NCBI GenBank assembly: GCA_030390025.1
Contig: CM059438.1
Span: 58,652,001-58,716,000 of the forward strand
Reading direction: 5' to 3'
From: Squalus acanthias
Lineage: Eukaryota
Length of the DNA stretch: 64,000 bases
Positions 50,201-62,685 of this stretch are shown here, piece by piece. How positions within the stretch are numbered: position 1 is the stretch's first letter; every line of letters starts with the position of its first letter. A program made the translations under genes and the position numbers. A model generated the notes under the pieces. It had not been told where the DNA came from, did no database searches, and was given only the letters and a program-made list of their open reading frames with translations.

Positions 50201-53200
50201 AGTCGGCTGGTAGTCGGGACGGGATCTTTGTTTATAGACGGTCGGTTCCTCTCCGAACAGCTGGCCCTGCTCCCAATCCTTATCTTTTTATATTGAAAAA
50301 AAAAGTTGCATCTTGTAAAGTTGATCTTGGCCGGCAGTACTGCATACCTGTGGTAAAATGATCTGAAAGCAATGATCATTCAAAACTCCAAGGGCTTTTT
50401 TACATTTTAAACCCTTGTGTTACTTTCTCCAAGTCAGTCAGGACGTTCACAAATGGTTGAATTTATGGGCAGACGTACACTGTTTATGGCTTGTAACTGA
50501 AGATTATAACGTGAGAGAGCAGTTACAACATGGCCAAGAAAGGTTTCAAAAGTGAGAGAAATCCGTTATATCAGTAATTATATTCAGTCTTGCCATGACT
50601 CCTGTTGCTGGCGGTGGCATTGCGGCTGCTGCTGGCCCGCAGTCTTTTTCCCTCCTTCCTTCTCCGCCTCTCACTGCCGCGCACAGTCGCTGGTGCCCCG
50701 TTCCGCAGCGCCCGGCCACTCTGCACTGGCTCACTCCCCATCACTGGGGGGTTTTCCGCGGACCCCCTAGGAAGTCTCTGTGGACCCCAGTTTGAGAGCC
50801 ACTGAGTTAGAAAAAGACCTCATGTTGCTTTCGAGACTCGGGGGTGTGAACAGGATTGGATGAGACATAGTTGCGATTCCTCATTAAATCCATGCACGCA
50901 CGTGTCAGACGTGAGGCTAATGTGCACGACTCTGTACGGGTGTTTAGGGTTAATGTTCTGTCAATAATAAATGAAGGGAATTATCAGACATATTACTGTC
51001 TCTAGCTTGATGAATCAGTTTAAAGGGTAAAGGACTTCTCCAGCAATGCTAAACCTTTATAAACACTGGTTCGGCCCCAGCTGGAGTATTGTGTTCAATT
51101 CTGGGCACCACCCTTTAGGAAGGATGTGGAGGGTGCAGTGGAGATTTACTACAATGGTACCAGGGATGAGGGACTTCAGTTATGTGGAGAGACTGGAGAA
51201 GCTGGGTTTGTTCTCCTTGGAGCAGAAAAGGTTACGTGGAAATTTAATAGAGCTGTTCAAAATTATGAAGGGTTTTGATAGGATAGGGAGAAACTGTTTC
51301 CTCTGGCAGGAGGGTTGGTAACCAGGGGATTCAGAGTTAAGATAATTGGCTAAAAATCTAGGGGGAGGTGTGAGAATTTTTATTTATTTTTTTTACACAG
51401 TGAGTTGTTATGATCTGGAACGCGCTGCCTGAAAGGGCGGTGGAAGCAGAGTCAATAGTAACTTTCAAAAGGGAATTGGATAAATACTTGAAAAGGAGAA
51501 ATTTACAGTGTTATGGGAAAGAGCGGGGGGAGTGGGTCTAATTGGAGAGCTCGTTCAAAGAGCTGGCACAGGAACGATGAGCCGAATGGCCTCTTTCTGT
51601 GCTGTATGATTCTATGAATTGGGGGAGGGGGGGATTACCCAATTACTGGAGGTGAAGCATCAGTCTGACTGCAAAGATGTCGAGTTTAGATTGACGCAAC
51701 CTGATTGAGGACAGTGTGAGTGAGTATGGGAGGGTCGATCCAGGAAGGCGGACGATTGGCTTTACTGAAGCTGCTGCTCTTTGTCTTCAGGTGGAGTGGA
51801 GTCCGGAGCTAGAGCCCAACAAGCACTGCTCGCGCATGCTGGTCAACCACGCACTCCGCATCCTCGGCCATCACTGCTCTCTCCTGGATGTCCGTGTTGT
51901 TGCCAGGCAGGTGGGTACTGACGTGAGAAGCTGCAAATCCACAAAGTCCGAGCTATCTGAATACACCCGGGCAAGGCTGCTGCAGATCAACACACAAACA
52001 CTCGCTCCCCACACACCGTGAATCAGGGCGCAGTAAATGATCACCCAGTATCACCTCTTGGGACGATAACTGATCGTTGTCAGCCGTGGCTCAGTGGGTA
52101 GCACCCTCGCCTCTGAGTCAGAAAGTTGTGGGTTCAAGTCCCACTCCAGAGACTTGAGCACAAACTCTAGGCTGACACTCCAGTGCAGTACTGAGGGAGT
52201 GCTGCACTGTCAGAGGTGCCGTCATTCGAATGGGGTACATTTATCCCTCAGTCAGCACCTAAAAACTTTTTGCTGCGTGTGGGCTCTTGCTGTGTGCAAA
52301 TTGGCTGCCATGTTTCCTACATTGACTACACTTCAAAAGGTACTTCATGGGCTGTGAAACGCTTTGGGACGTCCTGCTGCAGTACGAGTTTCCCGAACAT
52401 CCTGCTGAAATTAACAGCAGGACGTATTAAACCTTTTCACCCGGTTTCCCGCCTGATTGGCAGCCTGTCAGGTAGGAAAGCCTGCAGCACAAGGCCGCAG
52501 CTGGGGAGAGGAGGGAGGGAGAGATTGTGGGGAGAGGTGGTTCGTGTTTGGGGGGAGATTGTGGGGAGAGGTGGCTCGTGTTTGGGGAGAGATTGTGGGG
52601 AGGGGTGGCTCGTGTTTGGGGAGAGATTGTGGGGAGGGGTGGTTCGTGGTTGGGGAGAGATTGTGGGGAGGGGTGGTTCGTGTTTGGGGAGAGATTGTGG
52701 GGAGGGGTGGTTCGTGGTTGGGGAGAGATTGTGGGGAGGGGTGGTTCGTGTTTGGGGAGAGATTGTGGGGAGAGGTGGTTCGTGTTTGGGGAGAGATTGT
52801 GGGGAGGGGTGGTTCGTGTTTGGGGAGAGATTGTGGGGAGAGGTGGTTCGTGTTTGGGGGGAGATTGTGGGGAGAGGTGGTTCGTGTTTGGGGAGAGATT
52901 GTGGGGAGGGGTGGTTCGTGTTTGGGGAGAGATTGTGGGGAGAGGTGGTTCGTGTTTGGGGGGAGATTGTGGGGAGAGGTGGTTCGTGTTTGGGGAGAGA
53001 TTGTGGGGAGGGGTGGTTCGTGGTTGGGGAGAGATCGGGGGGAGATTGTGGGGAGAGGTGGTTCGTGGTTGGGGGGTGATCGGGGGGAGAGGTGGTTCGT
53101 GGTTGGGGGGTGATCGGTGGGGGAGGGACGGTCAGTGATCGGCGGGGGGAAGCAGGTAAGCTTGTTGGACCTGGAGGAAACACTCCTGCTCCTCTTGGCC

Positions 53201-56200
53201 CACAAACAATGCTGTAAATGCAATGACCTTATGGATCCAACCCATGGCCAAAATGGGTTCAAATAAAATGCCTGTAAAATTGGAGGCTTTTAACGGCCGT
53301 CCCGCCTCCTGAGAGAGGATTGATCACATGCCCCTCCCCCGTCTCGCCTCCTGAGAGAGGATTGGTCACATGCCCCTCCCCCGTCCCGCCTCCTGAGAGA
53401 GGATTGGTCACATGCCCCTCCCCCGTCTCGCCTCCTGAGACCAGATTGGTCGCATTCCGCCTCCGTTAAATCCTTTTAAGTTCTCACTCACACCCAGCCC
53501 ACCTGTTCTTGGAGGGTGAAATTACCCCTTGTGCCTCTATTAATAAGGCCAAGGATCCCATATGCTTTTTTAACTCTGTCTCTGCACACCCCCCCCTCCC
53601 CCCGCCACCCAACCAGGTCCCATGCCCTGCTCACGCTGTTTTATCTTGTTGAAGGTGGGCCCTGGCATCGTCTACCTGCTGTTCAACCACTCGTTCCTGG
53701 GCCATGGGGTCATCCTGCATTGCGTGACACCCGTGGAGCCTCTGCTGCAGCGAGTCACCCATTCCATCTATTACCAGGCCAACATCCCCGCCATCATCCC
53801 CAAGTTCATCTTGAAGGCGGAGTGTATACAGGTGAGTGCTGCCACAGCAGTCGTCGCTGTGCACTTGGGTGGTGTGTGTGTGTGTATGTATGGAAGGGGT
53901 GGGGGAGAGGCGGGAGCTGTTACAAGAGGGGTTTTTACTAAGGAGAGGTGTTACAGCATTTTAAAGGTGTTCGCCGTGCCTCAGTGGGCAGCACCCTTGC
54001 CTCTGAGTCAGAAGGTTGTGGGTCTAAGTCCCACAAATGAAAATAATAGTTGTTTCATGCTAATGGATGAAGATGAGCACATAATCTAGGCTGACACTCC
54101 GGTGCAGTGCTGCGGGAGTGCTGCACTGTCGGAGGTGCCATCTGTCAGATGAGACATTAAACCAAGTCCTCGTCTGCCCCCTCAGGTGGACGTAAAAGAT
54201 CCCACAACACTATTGGAAGACAAGCAGGGGAGTTATCCCTGGTGTCCTAGGGCCAATATTTATCCCTCAATCAACATCACTAAAACAGATTATCTGGTCA
54301 TTATCACATTGCTGTTTGTGGGATCTTGCTGTGCACCAATTGGCTGCCGCATTTCCCACATTACAACAGTGACAACACTTCATAACTTACTTCATTGGTT
54401 GTGAAGCACTTTGGGACATCCTGAGGTCATGAAAGCACGACAGAAATGCAAGTCTTTTTATTTAGTTCTGAGTTGCGGGTGGGGCTGGGGGTGACAGTGA
54501 GAGAGGCTGTGGTCTTGTTTCTCACTGGCCCAAAGGTGGTGGATTCTGTTGTCATTGCTCACCTGAGGACCAATCTCTCCCAGTGCTGCCCACTGCCCAA
54601 CCAGTGACTGTGCCTGCTGTCGGTGCTCCCAGTGAGTGACGGTGCCCGCTGCCATTGCTCCCAGTGAGTGACAGTGCCTGTTCCCAGTGCTGCCCAACCA
54701 GTGACACTGCCCGCTCCCAGTGCTGCCCAACCAGTGACACTGCCCGCTCCCAGTGACACTGCCCGCTCCCAGTGACACTGCCCGCTCCCAGTGACACTGC
54801 CCGCTCCCAGTGACAGTGCCTGTTCCCAGTGCTGCCCAACCAGTGACACTGCCCACTCCCAGTGACAGTGCCTGTTCCCAGTGCTGCCCAACCAGTGACA
54901 CTGCCCGCTCCCAGTGACAGTGCCAGCTCCCAGTGCTGCCCAACCAGTGACTGTATCTGCTCCCGTTTAATGCTGGATTGAGTATTCTGTGGAAATGATC
55001 TATCCTTGAGGATGTGCTGATGTCTCCAGGTATTGGGCCAGGCCACCTGTAGCTGCTCGAGAGGATGATGGTGGAATATCTTGCTGGAGAAATCTGTTGA
55101 GTACAAGAGACAGATGGGTGGATTGCTAGTGGAGGGTGAATAGGGGAGATGACTGGTGGTGGTGCAGGGGGATTGTTGAGTTCTATCAAAAATGGATGAT
55201 CCATAGGAATTGCTTGATGGAAAAAGAACAAGGTCCATCTCGTTCACCTTCTACTATCCTGGTAGTCTCATGATACAATGATAATGGATTTGTTGACTAC
55301 TCGTAGCAATTAATCTCTGTCAATTAGTCTACGACAGACTCAGATATACGAACAATGACGGACAGGTAAAGACCCCCCTGGTCCGTCCAGCCTGTCCCAC
55401 ACAATTGCGATACCTTGTGTATCACAATATATACTCTCCACCCCACCCAAAACCAGGTGATCTCCTGGGAGGGGCCAATTTGAGGGGGAAAAATCTGGGA
55501 AATTCCTCTCTGACAGATCTAGGTGATCAAAACTAGTCCAGGAGATCACTCTGGCCCTGAATTCCCTGCAGTACCCACCTTCTGTAAGAGGTGCTCTCCA
55601 CCCCAGCCAGAAACCGGTCCAGCTCTCGCTTGAAGCAGTTGAGTGAATCGGCGTTCACCACATGAGACGACATTCTCTGGGGAAAGAACCACCTTCTGAC
55701 ATCTAACCTCAATCTGGCCTTATACAACTTAAACTTGTGACTCCTGCTCCTCCCTAACTATTTAATTGGAACAAACTCAACTGGAACACAGTCTATTCCC
55801 TTCGTCATCTTAAACCTCAGTCAGATCACCCCTAAGTCTTTGCCTCTCTAAAGTGTAGAGTCCCAACCCTTTTAGCCTGTCTTGATAACTAAGATGCTTT
55901 AGACTGGGAGTTAGTCTAGTGGACCTCCTCTGCACCCTCTCCAATGCCTCAATATCATCCAGCATGTGAGGAGACCAAAACTGGACACCGTATTCCAAGT
56001 GTGGCCTGACCAAGGTCTTGTACAAGGACAAAACAGTATGCCTTGTCTTGTACTCAATTGTCCTGTGAATGCACCCCAACATCCTATTTGCTCCAGCTGT
56101 CGCTTCACGGCATTGCTCATGTACCTTTAAGGATGTATGCACTGGAATGTCCAAATCTTTCTTTCTCCACCATCTTTAATGCTTTTCCCTGAAGGGTGTA

Positions 56201-59200
56201 TGAATGTTGAGCATTTGCCCTGCCCACATGTATACACTTATCCAAGTTAAACATCATTTGCCAGTCATGAGCCCAATCTCCCAACACATTAAGATCCGCC
56301 TGAAACAGACGAGCATCGTCTACAGTCCTAACACTCGCACAGATCTTAGTATCTTCTGAAAATTTGCAGATCGTGCTCCCAACATTCACATCCAGATCAT
56401 TAATAAAAATAGTGAAGAACAACGGTCCCAACACTGATCCCTGTGGGACACCACTGGTGACCAGTCTCCAAACAGATCCAAATCCATCTATAACTACTTC
56501 TCGCCTACGTCCTGCCAGACAGTTCTCAATCCAGCTCAATATATTTTCATTGATATCAGAGGCTTCGATCTTATAGAGAAGCCTCCTTTGCGGTACCTTA
56601 TCAAAAGCTTTTTGGAAGTCTAATTAGACAATGTCTACTGGACTTCCCTCATCCACCATCTTGGTGACTTCTTCAAAAAATACTATCATGATCTTTCTAT
56701 GAAGCCATGTTGGGTGTCCCCAATATGTCCCCCTCTATTCAAACAATCATACATTGCATCCCTAATGATTCCCTCAAGCATCTTTCCTATTTCTGATGTC
56801 AAACTAATGGGCCTATAGTTACCCGGGTCTGTCTTGTCACCTTTTTTTTTAAAGATGGGGACTATATTAGCCTCCTTTCAGTCTATGGGAATCATCCCAG
56901 AGTGCAGTGAGCTATTAAAAATACAGACTAGGGGCTGGCATAGCACGTGCCCCACCTTCCTGAGGACAATCAGGTGGATATCATCTGGCCCGGCTGCTCT
57001 CTGTTTTCAAGTTCTTAATTCTATCTAAAACAATGTGTTCATCTAATTTAATATTGCTAGTTTTGTTATTAAAGTTATTCAACTCCAACAGTCGAGTATC
57101 AGCTTCAGGAGTATAGAGCGATGCAAAGTACTCATTTAATATTTCCGCCATACACAGTGAGTCCTTTGTGACCTGTCCTTGAACATCCTTCAATGGCCCA
57201 ATACAATCTTTGACAGTTCTCTGACTCTTCACATAACTGAAAAAGCTTTTCCCATTACTTCCACAAATGTCCACGATCCTCTTTTCCATGAGCTTTTTAG
57301 CTGATCCAATAGCAGCCTTCGCTTTCTTTAGCTGTTCCTTGTACTCAACTCTGTTTAGTTGAGTATTAGATGCCTTTAATTTATAGAAACATTTCTGTTT
57401 ATATCTTATTTGTACATAACCAGTCGGCCACCTTGGCTTCTTCTTACCACATGCCCTTCTTTTGGCTTGAAGCGAGGAAAACCCCAGTGGTGGAGAACTG
57501 TGGGGACCATGGGTCCAAAGTCACCTGCTCCTCCCAAGCACGCTACACTCAGCACAGGTCATGTATCAAAGTACTCACATACTGTATCCCCAAATTTTAT
57601 TTTCTGAAAGAAGTCTATCTAATTTGAATGAATCAACACTAATTGTTTGCACCGTCTTCCCAGGGAGTCTGTTAGAATCACAGAATCATGGAATAGTACA
57701 GCACAGAAGGAGGCCATTCGGCCCATCGAGTCTGTGCCAGCTCTTTCGAAGAGCAATCCAGTTAGTCCCACTCCCCCGCTCTTTCCCCATATCCCAGCAA
57801 TTTTGTCTCCTTCAAGTATTTATCCAATTCCCCTTTTGAAGGCTACTATTGAATCTGCATCAACCACCCTATCAGGCAGTGCAATCCAAATACTAACCAC
57901 TTGTTGCGTTAAAACGTTTTTTTACATAGATTGATCACTCACTCACTGAAATAAAGTTTCCGCAGATTAATTTTGAATTTACCCTCCTTCAAGAGCAGGC
58001 CGTGTCCTCTGGTTCCACTGTTCAAGGTCAAACAGCTTGTCATGGTCGACATTGAGAATCCTACAAACAGCAATCCTCTCAACCCTCCCTTTTCCAGTGA
58101 GAACCTGCACAATTTACACAATCCAATCCCTCCATCCCCTCAATCATTCTGGTTGCTCTCTTCTGTATCCTTTCAATAGCTGCAATATCCTTTCTATACT
58201 GTGGCGACCAGAGCTGGACTCGGTATTCTAAGTGTGGTTGCACCAATGATTTATAAAGTGGCAGGACGACCTCACTATTTCGGCTCAATATTGACCTTTC
58301 AATACATCCCAAGATGGAACTCCCTCCCTAACAGCACTGTGGGAGTACCTTCACCACACGGACTGCAGCAGTTCAAGAAGGCGGCTCACCACCTTCTCGA
58401 GGACGGGCAATAAATACCGGCCTTGCCGGTGACCCCCACATCCCGAGAATGAACTTAAAAAAAAATCTGACATGCTTTACTCACTGCCATTGCTGCAATA
58501 GCTTCAATTTATTGTCAATCAGGACCCCATTTATTACTCAATTTAAGTAATAGTTCCTTACAGATTTATTTTGTCCCCATTTGAAGCACTTTGCATTGAA
58601 TTTCATCTGCCACCTGTCTGCCCAATTCACAAGTATTTTCAAATCCTCCTGTAGCTTATCCTGTTCAGCTTTGCAGTCTACCACCTTCATTAGCTTTGTA
58701 TCATTTACAAATTCAGCCCCTGAGATTGTGACTCCTAGCTCCAGACATTTATAAAGATATTACACAAAAGAGCTCCCAAAACAGCCCCCTGGTAACATTC
58801 TCCCAGGCTGGTGACAGTCCCTGTACCACCACCTTCTGGGTTCCATCGGTTATCCGTTGTATTAAAAGCCTTACAGAAATCCACGTACACCACTCCCACT
58901 ACTTTACCCCAATCAAGCTCCTTTCTCACACCCTCAAAGAAAACCAGTAAGTTATACAAAATTCTGCACTTTTTCTGAGTACAATTTGGAGCGGAGCAGG
59001 GATTTGTCCCAGAATCCTGGCCAAATTCTCCCCTAACCGACGTTGCCAAAAATAACAACAACTTGCATTTATATAGTGCCTTTAATGTCGGAAAACGTCC
59101 CAAGGTGCTTCACAGGAGCGATTATAAAACACATTTTGACACCGGAGATATTGGGACAGGTGACCAAAGCTTGGTTAAAGAGGTAGGATTTAAGGAGCGA

Positions 59201-62200
59201 GAGGCAGAGAGGCTTAGGGAGGGAATTCCAGAGCTTAAGGCCCAGGCAGCTGAAGGCACGGCCACCAATGGTGGAGTGATTGAAATCGAGGATGCACAAG
59301 AGGCCAGAATTGGAGGAGCGCAGAGATCTCGGAGGGTTGTAGGCAATGTTCCCTCCAATTTTTTTTTGTACTGAGCGGGCCACAAACTCCTTTGAGCACG
59401 ACCTTTTTGTCCATGAGCAAATTTTACAACACCTTTTACAACTACAGCAACCACTTAAAAGCATATATACAGTAATGCCATATTGCCACCCCACCATGTC
59501 ACATCATGAGACAATCAGACAAGGTTCAACACAAGCTAATATTTTTCTCTCAAACATTTTCCACAATATTAATCCCAGCTCTTATCACAAAGTGTTGAAT
59601 TATTTTAGATACTTCACAATTAAATAGCGGGAAACAAACTTCCTTGTACTCTCAATTTTTAATCTCCTATTTCAAACATTTATACCAAATCAAAATTGTA
59701 CATTATCAGTTTAATCAAAGTATTTTCTGTGTCTTTCTCAATAAACAAATAGTTTCTTCTAAAGTAGCTTCCTGCAATTTTTATGCATCATTACAAAGCT
59801 CGTGTTTTTAACACACCACTAAACGTTTAAGAGGAAATCTATATTTACATTATTCCTGGGACTTGTTCGGACTATAGAACGACAGACAAAATCAAATGTT
59901 TTGTGTTTTTCCTCTTTTTTGGTTCTCTTCCTAAACGTCTTACATTTTATTGACTTTAAAAAAAAAAAGTAACCTGTAACTCCTACAAATCCTCCCCCCC
60001 CCTCCTCAGCACCATGGTTGCATGTTTGTGTAAAGCTACTCACTTCTGTCGATCGCTCAAAATCAGATATTGAGAAATTGCAATTTTAAAATGTTTTAAG
60101 CATTTCAGGCCCTTTTTAAAAGCATTTGGATTTCAAGACCTGGTTGAAACTTGTTTAGATGAGGGGAAAATTGATTTTTGTTTTTCTTCCAAAATCATAT
60201 TCGAAACTTAGGGGGGGGGGGGGGGGGGAACGTGTTTTTAACACATTTTTTGTGAAAAGTCTCGTTGCAGCTTTGACAGAAGTTGCTCCAAGTTTCTCTT
60301 TCCCTCTTCAAAGCTGTCATTAAACATACAACAAAATATAATAAAATAAACTCTAATTCCAAACGGAGTTCAAATAAGAAAGTGAATAAAGTGGTTAAAC
60401 TTCCGAAGAAGGCAGTGAGGTTATCGATCCCCGGCCTTGGTGATCAGTTGGGATCAGTTTTGGAGAAGTTGTTTCCTCTTTTTCTGCTGCCGTTCCCTCC
60501 GTCTCTCACAGACTCTGAGGTACAAACAAGAACACAAACTTTCCCCCCTCATAACATGATTTAAATAACCCTGATAGACGCTTTCAAAAAGAGGGACAAC
60601 ACCTGGCAAAATTTAACGGGAACAACCACGGGACATTCAACATCACTTTCCGTATTTTCTTCCGGCTTTAAACAATTTTCTGAATTTTTTTTTAAAATTC
60701 TTATTTTTGTTTTACCGGGGGCCTAAAACTTGTTTGCTTAAGCCACCTTCCACCAGCCATTGTACATGTGCAGCACCTCCACCTGTGTTGTTCCAAAGTG
60801 CGGCCGCTGCTCAGTCCCTGGTAACGGACTACTGCATCAGAACCGTCACCCCAAACTCTCCCTCTATCGCTGTCTATCTCTGTATCCCTCTCTCCTCCCC
60901 CGCCGCCCCCCCCCCCCCCCCCCCCGGTCTCTCTCTTCCTCCCCCCCCCCCCCCCCCCCCCTGGTCTCTCTCTCCTCCCCCCCCCCCCCCAGGTCTCTCT
61001 CTCCCCCCAGTCTATCTCTCCCTCCTTCCCCCCCCCCCCCCCTCCAGCCACCAACAGACCCCCTGACCTCCGCACGAATGTGTGTCCCAACTGGATACTG
61101 CCTCGCGAGCCGGCACAGAGGCTGGAAGGCAAATAATCAGAGCGCGGGGGATTTTCCCGCTGGCAGGGCCAAGTTCACGGGAGAAAACCAAACCCCTCCC
61201 GGCGATACACAGCAACCCATCAACCATCGGAACACGCGCTTCAAGAGCTGCGATTGCGATTGGCTCTGAGGTTGCAAGACTCACAGACGAGTCTGTCTGG
61301 ATTCCCGGGGCCCCTCCCCCGACCCAGCGACTGTCCAGCTCTCTGCGCGGGATTTCAATTGAAGTGAGCGGAAGCACTGGGATCGGCGGGCGGGAGCGCT
61401 GGGATCGGCGGGCGGGAGCTCTGGGATCGGCGGGCGGGAGCGCTGGGATCGGCGGGCGGGAGCTCTGGGATCGGCGGGCGGGAGCGCTGGGATCGGCGGG
61501 CGGGAGCGCTGGGATCGGCGGGCGGGAGCGCTGGGATCGGCAGGCGGGAGAGCTGGGATCGGCGGGCGGTAGCTCTGGGATCGGCGGGCGGGAGCGCTGG
61601 GATCGGCGGGCGGGAGCTCTGGGATCGGCGGGCGGGAGCGCTGGGATCGGAGGGCGCAGCCGCTCACCTTGGAGGGAGCAATGTTTGTGGGGCTGGAGGA
61701 GGTTGCAGAGATGGGGAGGGGCGAGGCCATGGAGGGATTTGAAAACAAGGATGGGAATTTTAAAATTGAGGCATTTTCGGGCCGGGAGCCAAAGTAGGTC
61801 AGCGAGCACAGGGGGTGATGGGTGAACGGGACTTGGTGCGGGTCAGGACACGGGCAGCAGAGCTGAAGTTTATGGAGGGCGGTAGGTGGGATGCTGGCCA
61901 GGGGAGCCCTGGAATAGTTGAGTCTGGAGGTAGCAGACTGGCTTGTCAGCTTGGTTGTGGGCTCTTGGTGACACAGGATGATTTGCCGTGTTTGCCGAAC
62001 TGGCTCCGCACGTCGTGATGATTCTGTGCGAAGCGGCGAGAGGTGTGGATTAAGTTGCTGTGTGAACGACACGTCCTTTCTCTTCCAGTTTGAGCGGGAT
62101 GTGATGATCTGGAACAACAAGAAGTACATCTCGAAGCCGCTGCTGGTGAAGGAGGACTCGGCCATCGCTCGGCACCGCCGTTGGTACGCTCAGTTCTACA

Positions 62201-62250
62201 GCCCGAACAGCCCCCGCTTCACCATCCAGCAGGACAGTCTGGACTGGTGA
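40933..62250 (+). CDS. nvd: Cholesterol 7-desaturase neverland/DAF-36 (Rieske oxygenase), 7 exons, 1293 nt, 430 aa
   Basis: Exons join in frame through GT-AG introns; N-terminal hydrophobic segment, Rieske C-x-H-x17-C-x2-H, iron motif E-x3-D-x2-H-x4-H, C-terminal [14 protein letters not shown]. Confidence 0.95.
41284..41470. repeat. About 25-bp G-rich minisatellite running into the gap
   Basis: Unit ggggggggagagggtaggaggtgtg. Confidence 0.9.
41471..41970. other. Assembly gap (500 N) in nvd intron 1
   Basis: Run of N. Confidence 1.
42765..43000 (+). mobile_element. CR1 3' end
   Basis: Near-identical to 51395-51615. Confidence 0.8.
43056..43480 (-). mobile_element. V-domain SINE (HE1-like) with CR1-derived tail
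   Basis: tRNA head reverse complement (gaacccgggtcc..gctaaccact), V-domain (tgtgggaggaaacc..tgcaaactccacacagac), CR1-type tail. Confidence 0.82.
43870..44060. repeat. 67-bp tandem repeat, about 3 copies
   Basis: ctctacactgtcccatcaaacactcccagggcaggtacagcacgggttagatacagagtaaagctcc. Confidence 0.9.
44467..44655 (+). CDS. nvd: nvd exon 2 (Rieske [2Fe-2S] motif)
   Basis: ttttgcag acceptor; [29 protein letters not shown]; donor G|gtacg. Confidence 0.96.
44890..46460. repeat. 39-45-bp G-rich minisatellite in intron 2
   Basis: Unit ggggatgggacggtgtttggggggagggtctgtagagcc. Confidence 0.96.
46530..46708 (+). CDS. nvd: nvd exon 3
   Basis: tctctccag acceptor; [23 protein letters not shown]; donor gtagg. 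Confidence 0.95.
47515..47650. repeat. About 68-bp tandem duplication just before the exon 4 acceptor
   Basis: tgctgctgtctgcagtgtgtaaccc...ccatcgactgaccgc twice. Confidence 0.85.
47674..47799 (+). CDS. nvd: nvd exon 4 (non-heme iron motif); not in the ORF track
   Basis: taacag acceptor; [28 protein letters not shown]; donor gtaag. Confidence 0.95.
48255..49475 (+). mobile_element. 5'-truncated CR1 LINE (disrupted)
   Basis: ORFs 48315-49378 with RT motifs; tail present. Confidence 0.92.
49705..50095 (-). mobile_element. CR1 3' end
   Basis: ORF 49788-50072 [22 protein letters not shown]. Confidence 0.88.
50400..50804. mobile_element. Possible hAT-type MITE end
   Basis: Ends agtttgagagccactg (reverse complement CAGTGGCTCTCAAACT) with ggaccc subterminal motifs; other end not found. 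Confidence 0.45.
51045..51620 (+). mobile_element. CR1 3' fragment
   Basis: [29 protein letters not shown] plus tail. Confidence 0.88.
51791..51910 (+). CDS. nvd: nvd exon 5
   Basis: tgtcttcag acceptor; [19 protein letters not shown]; donor gtggg; 120 nt. Confidence 0.93.
52078..52372 (+). mobile_element. tRNA-head Deu-domain SINE, internally deleted
   Basis: A-box tggctcagtggg, B-box ggttcaagtcc. Confidence 0.85.
52519..53125. repeat. 34-bp G-rich minisatellite in intron 5
   Basis: Unit gagagattgtggggaggggtggttcgtgtttggg. Confidence 0.96.
53298..53460. repeat. About 42-bp tandem repeat, about 4 copies
   Basis: cgcctcctgagagaggattggtcacatgcccctcccccgtc. Confidence 0.88.
53655..53831 (+). 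CDS. nvd: nvd exon 6
   Basis: ttgttgaag acceptor; [22 protein letters not shown]; donor gtgagt. Confidence 0.95.
53965..54460 (+). mobile_element. Deu-domain (SacSINE1-like) SINE, near full length
   Basis: tRNA head, central ggacgtaaaagatccca..ggggagttatccctggtgtcct, tail aaatgcaagtcttt. Confidence 0.85.
54575..54960. repeat. Complex 19-bp-based minisatellite
   Basis: cccagtgacactgcccgct alternating with cccagtgctgcccaa. Confidence 0.9.
55200..57480 (-). mobile_element. CR1 LINE of a different subfamily (disrupted)
   Basis: ORFs 55533-57289 with [22 protein letters not shown]; long 3' UTR. Confidence 0.9.
57672..58950 (-). mobile_element. Nested, degenerate CR1 fragments containing a + strand LINE tail (58314-58465)
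   Basis: CR1 tail at 57672-57920; [12 protein letters not shown]; [10 protein letters not shown]. Confidence 0.75.
59344..61683. mobile_element. Non-autonomous hAT (Tip100-like) DNA transposon
   Basis: TIRs CAATGTTCCCTCCAA / TTGGAGGGAGCAATG; 8-bp flanks gttgtagg / tttgtggg (6 of 8 match). Confidence 0.78.
61377..61650. repeat. 22-bp CpG-rich minisatellite inside the hAT element
   Basis: Unit gggatcggcgggcgggagcgct. Confidence 0.93.
62089..62250 (+). CDS. nvd: nvd exon 7 (terminal coding part)
   Basis: ctcttccag acceptor; [36 protein letters not shown]. Confidence 0.96.
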   Translation, partial: FERDVMIWNNKKYISKPLLVKEDSAIARHRRWYAQFYSPNSPRFTIQQDSLDW

Positions 62251-62685
62251 CCAGAGCTCGACAGCCAATCAGTGACGGGCAAGTCACAAAGCGAGGAGAC
62301 CCACTGGGAGTTGGCAGCAGCAGCAGCCTACGAGAGGCCGGGGCAATGCGTCCTGAACCCTCTTCACAATCTCATCGGTTGAAGTGGTTCAGTCGATCTC
62401 GGAACTGTTCACCACCACCACAGTCCTGCCTTCCCATTGGCCATCAAGGAGAAATGATTTTGCTTTCTTTTTTACAAGAGATTTTATATAATTATGACTT
62501 TTATTTTATTGTTAATCATAACGTGCGTTAATGGGCTGGAGATGCTGTGGCCCAGCACAGGCTGCAACACTTTTTACCCAGTCTGTGCCAACAGTGTGTG
62601 TTCCAGGCTGGCTTCAGTGGCCAGTTCAGACTATTTAATGAGGGTCCGATACAGAACTATCCTGAGCTGCAGTCAACTGGTAACT

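Larger units (their letters stand above)
59055..61930 (-). mobile_element. L2-type LINE 3' fragment split by a hAT element
   Basis: [24 protein letters not shown] (61684-61810) continues as [20 protein letters not shown] (59200-59343). Confidence 0.8.

Noticed and set aside
52078-52150. tRNA-like sequence (also near 12140-12208 and 43410-43480)
   Set aside because: SINE heads continuing into SINE bodies, not tRNA genes
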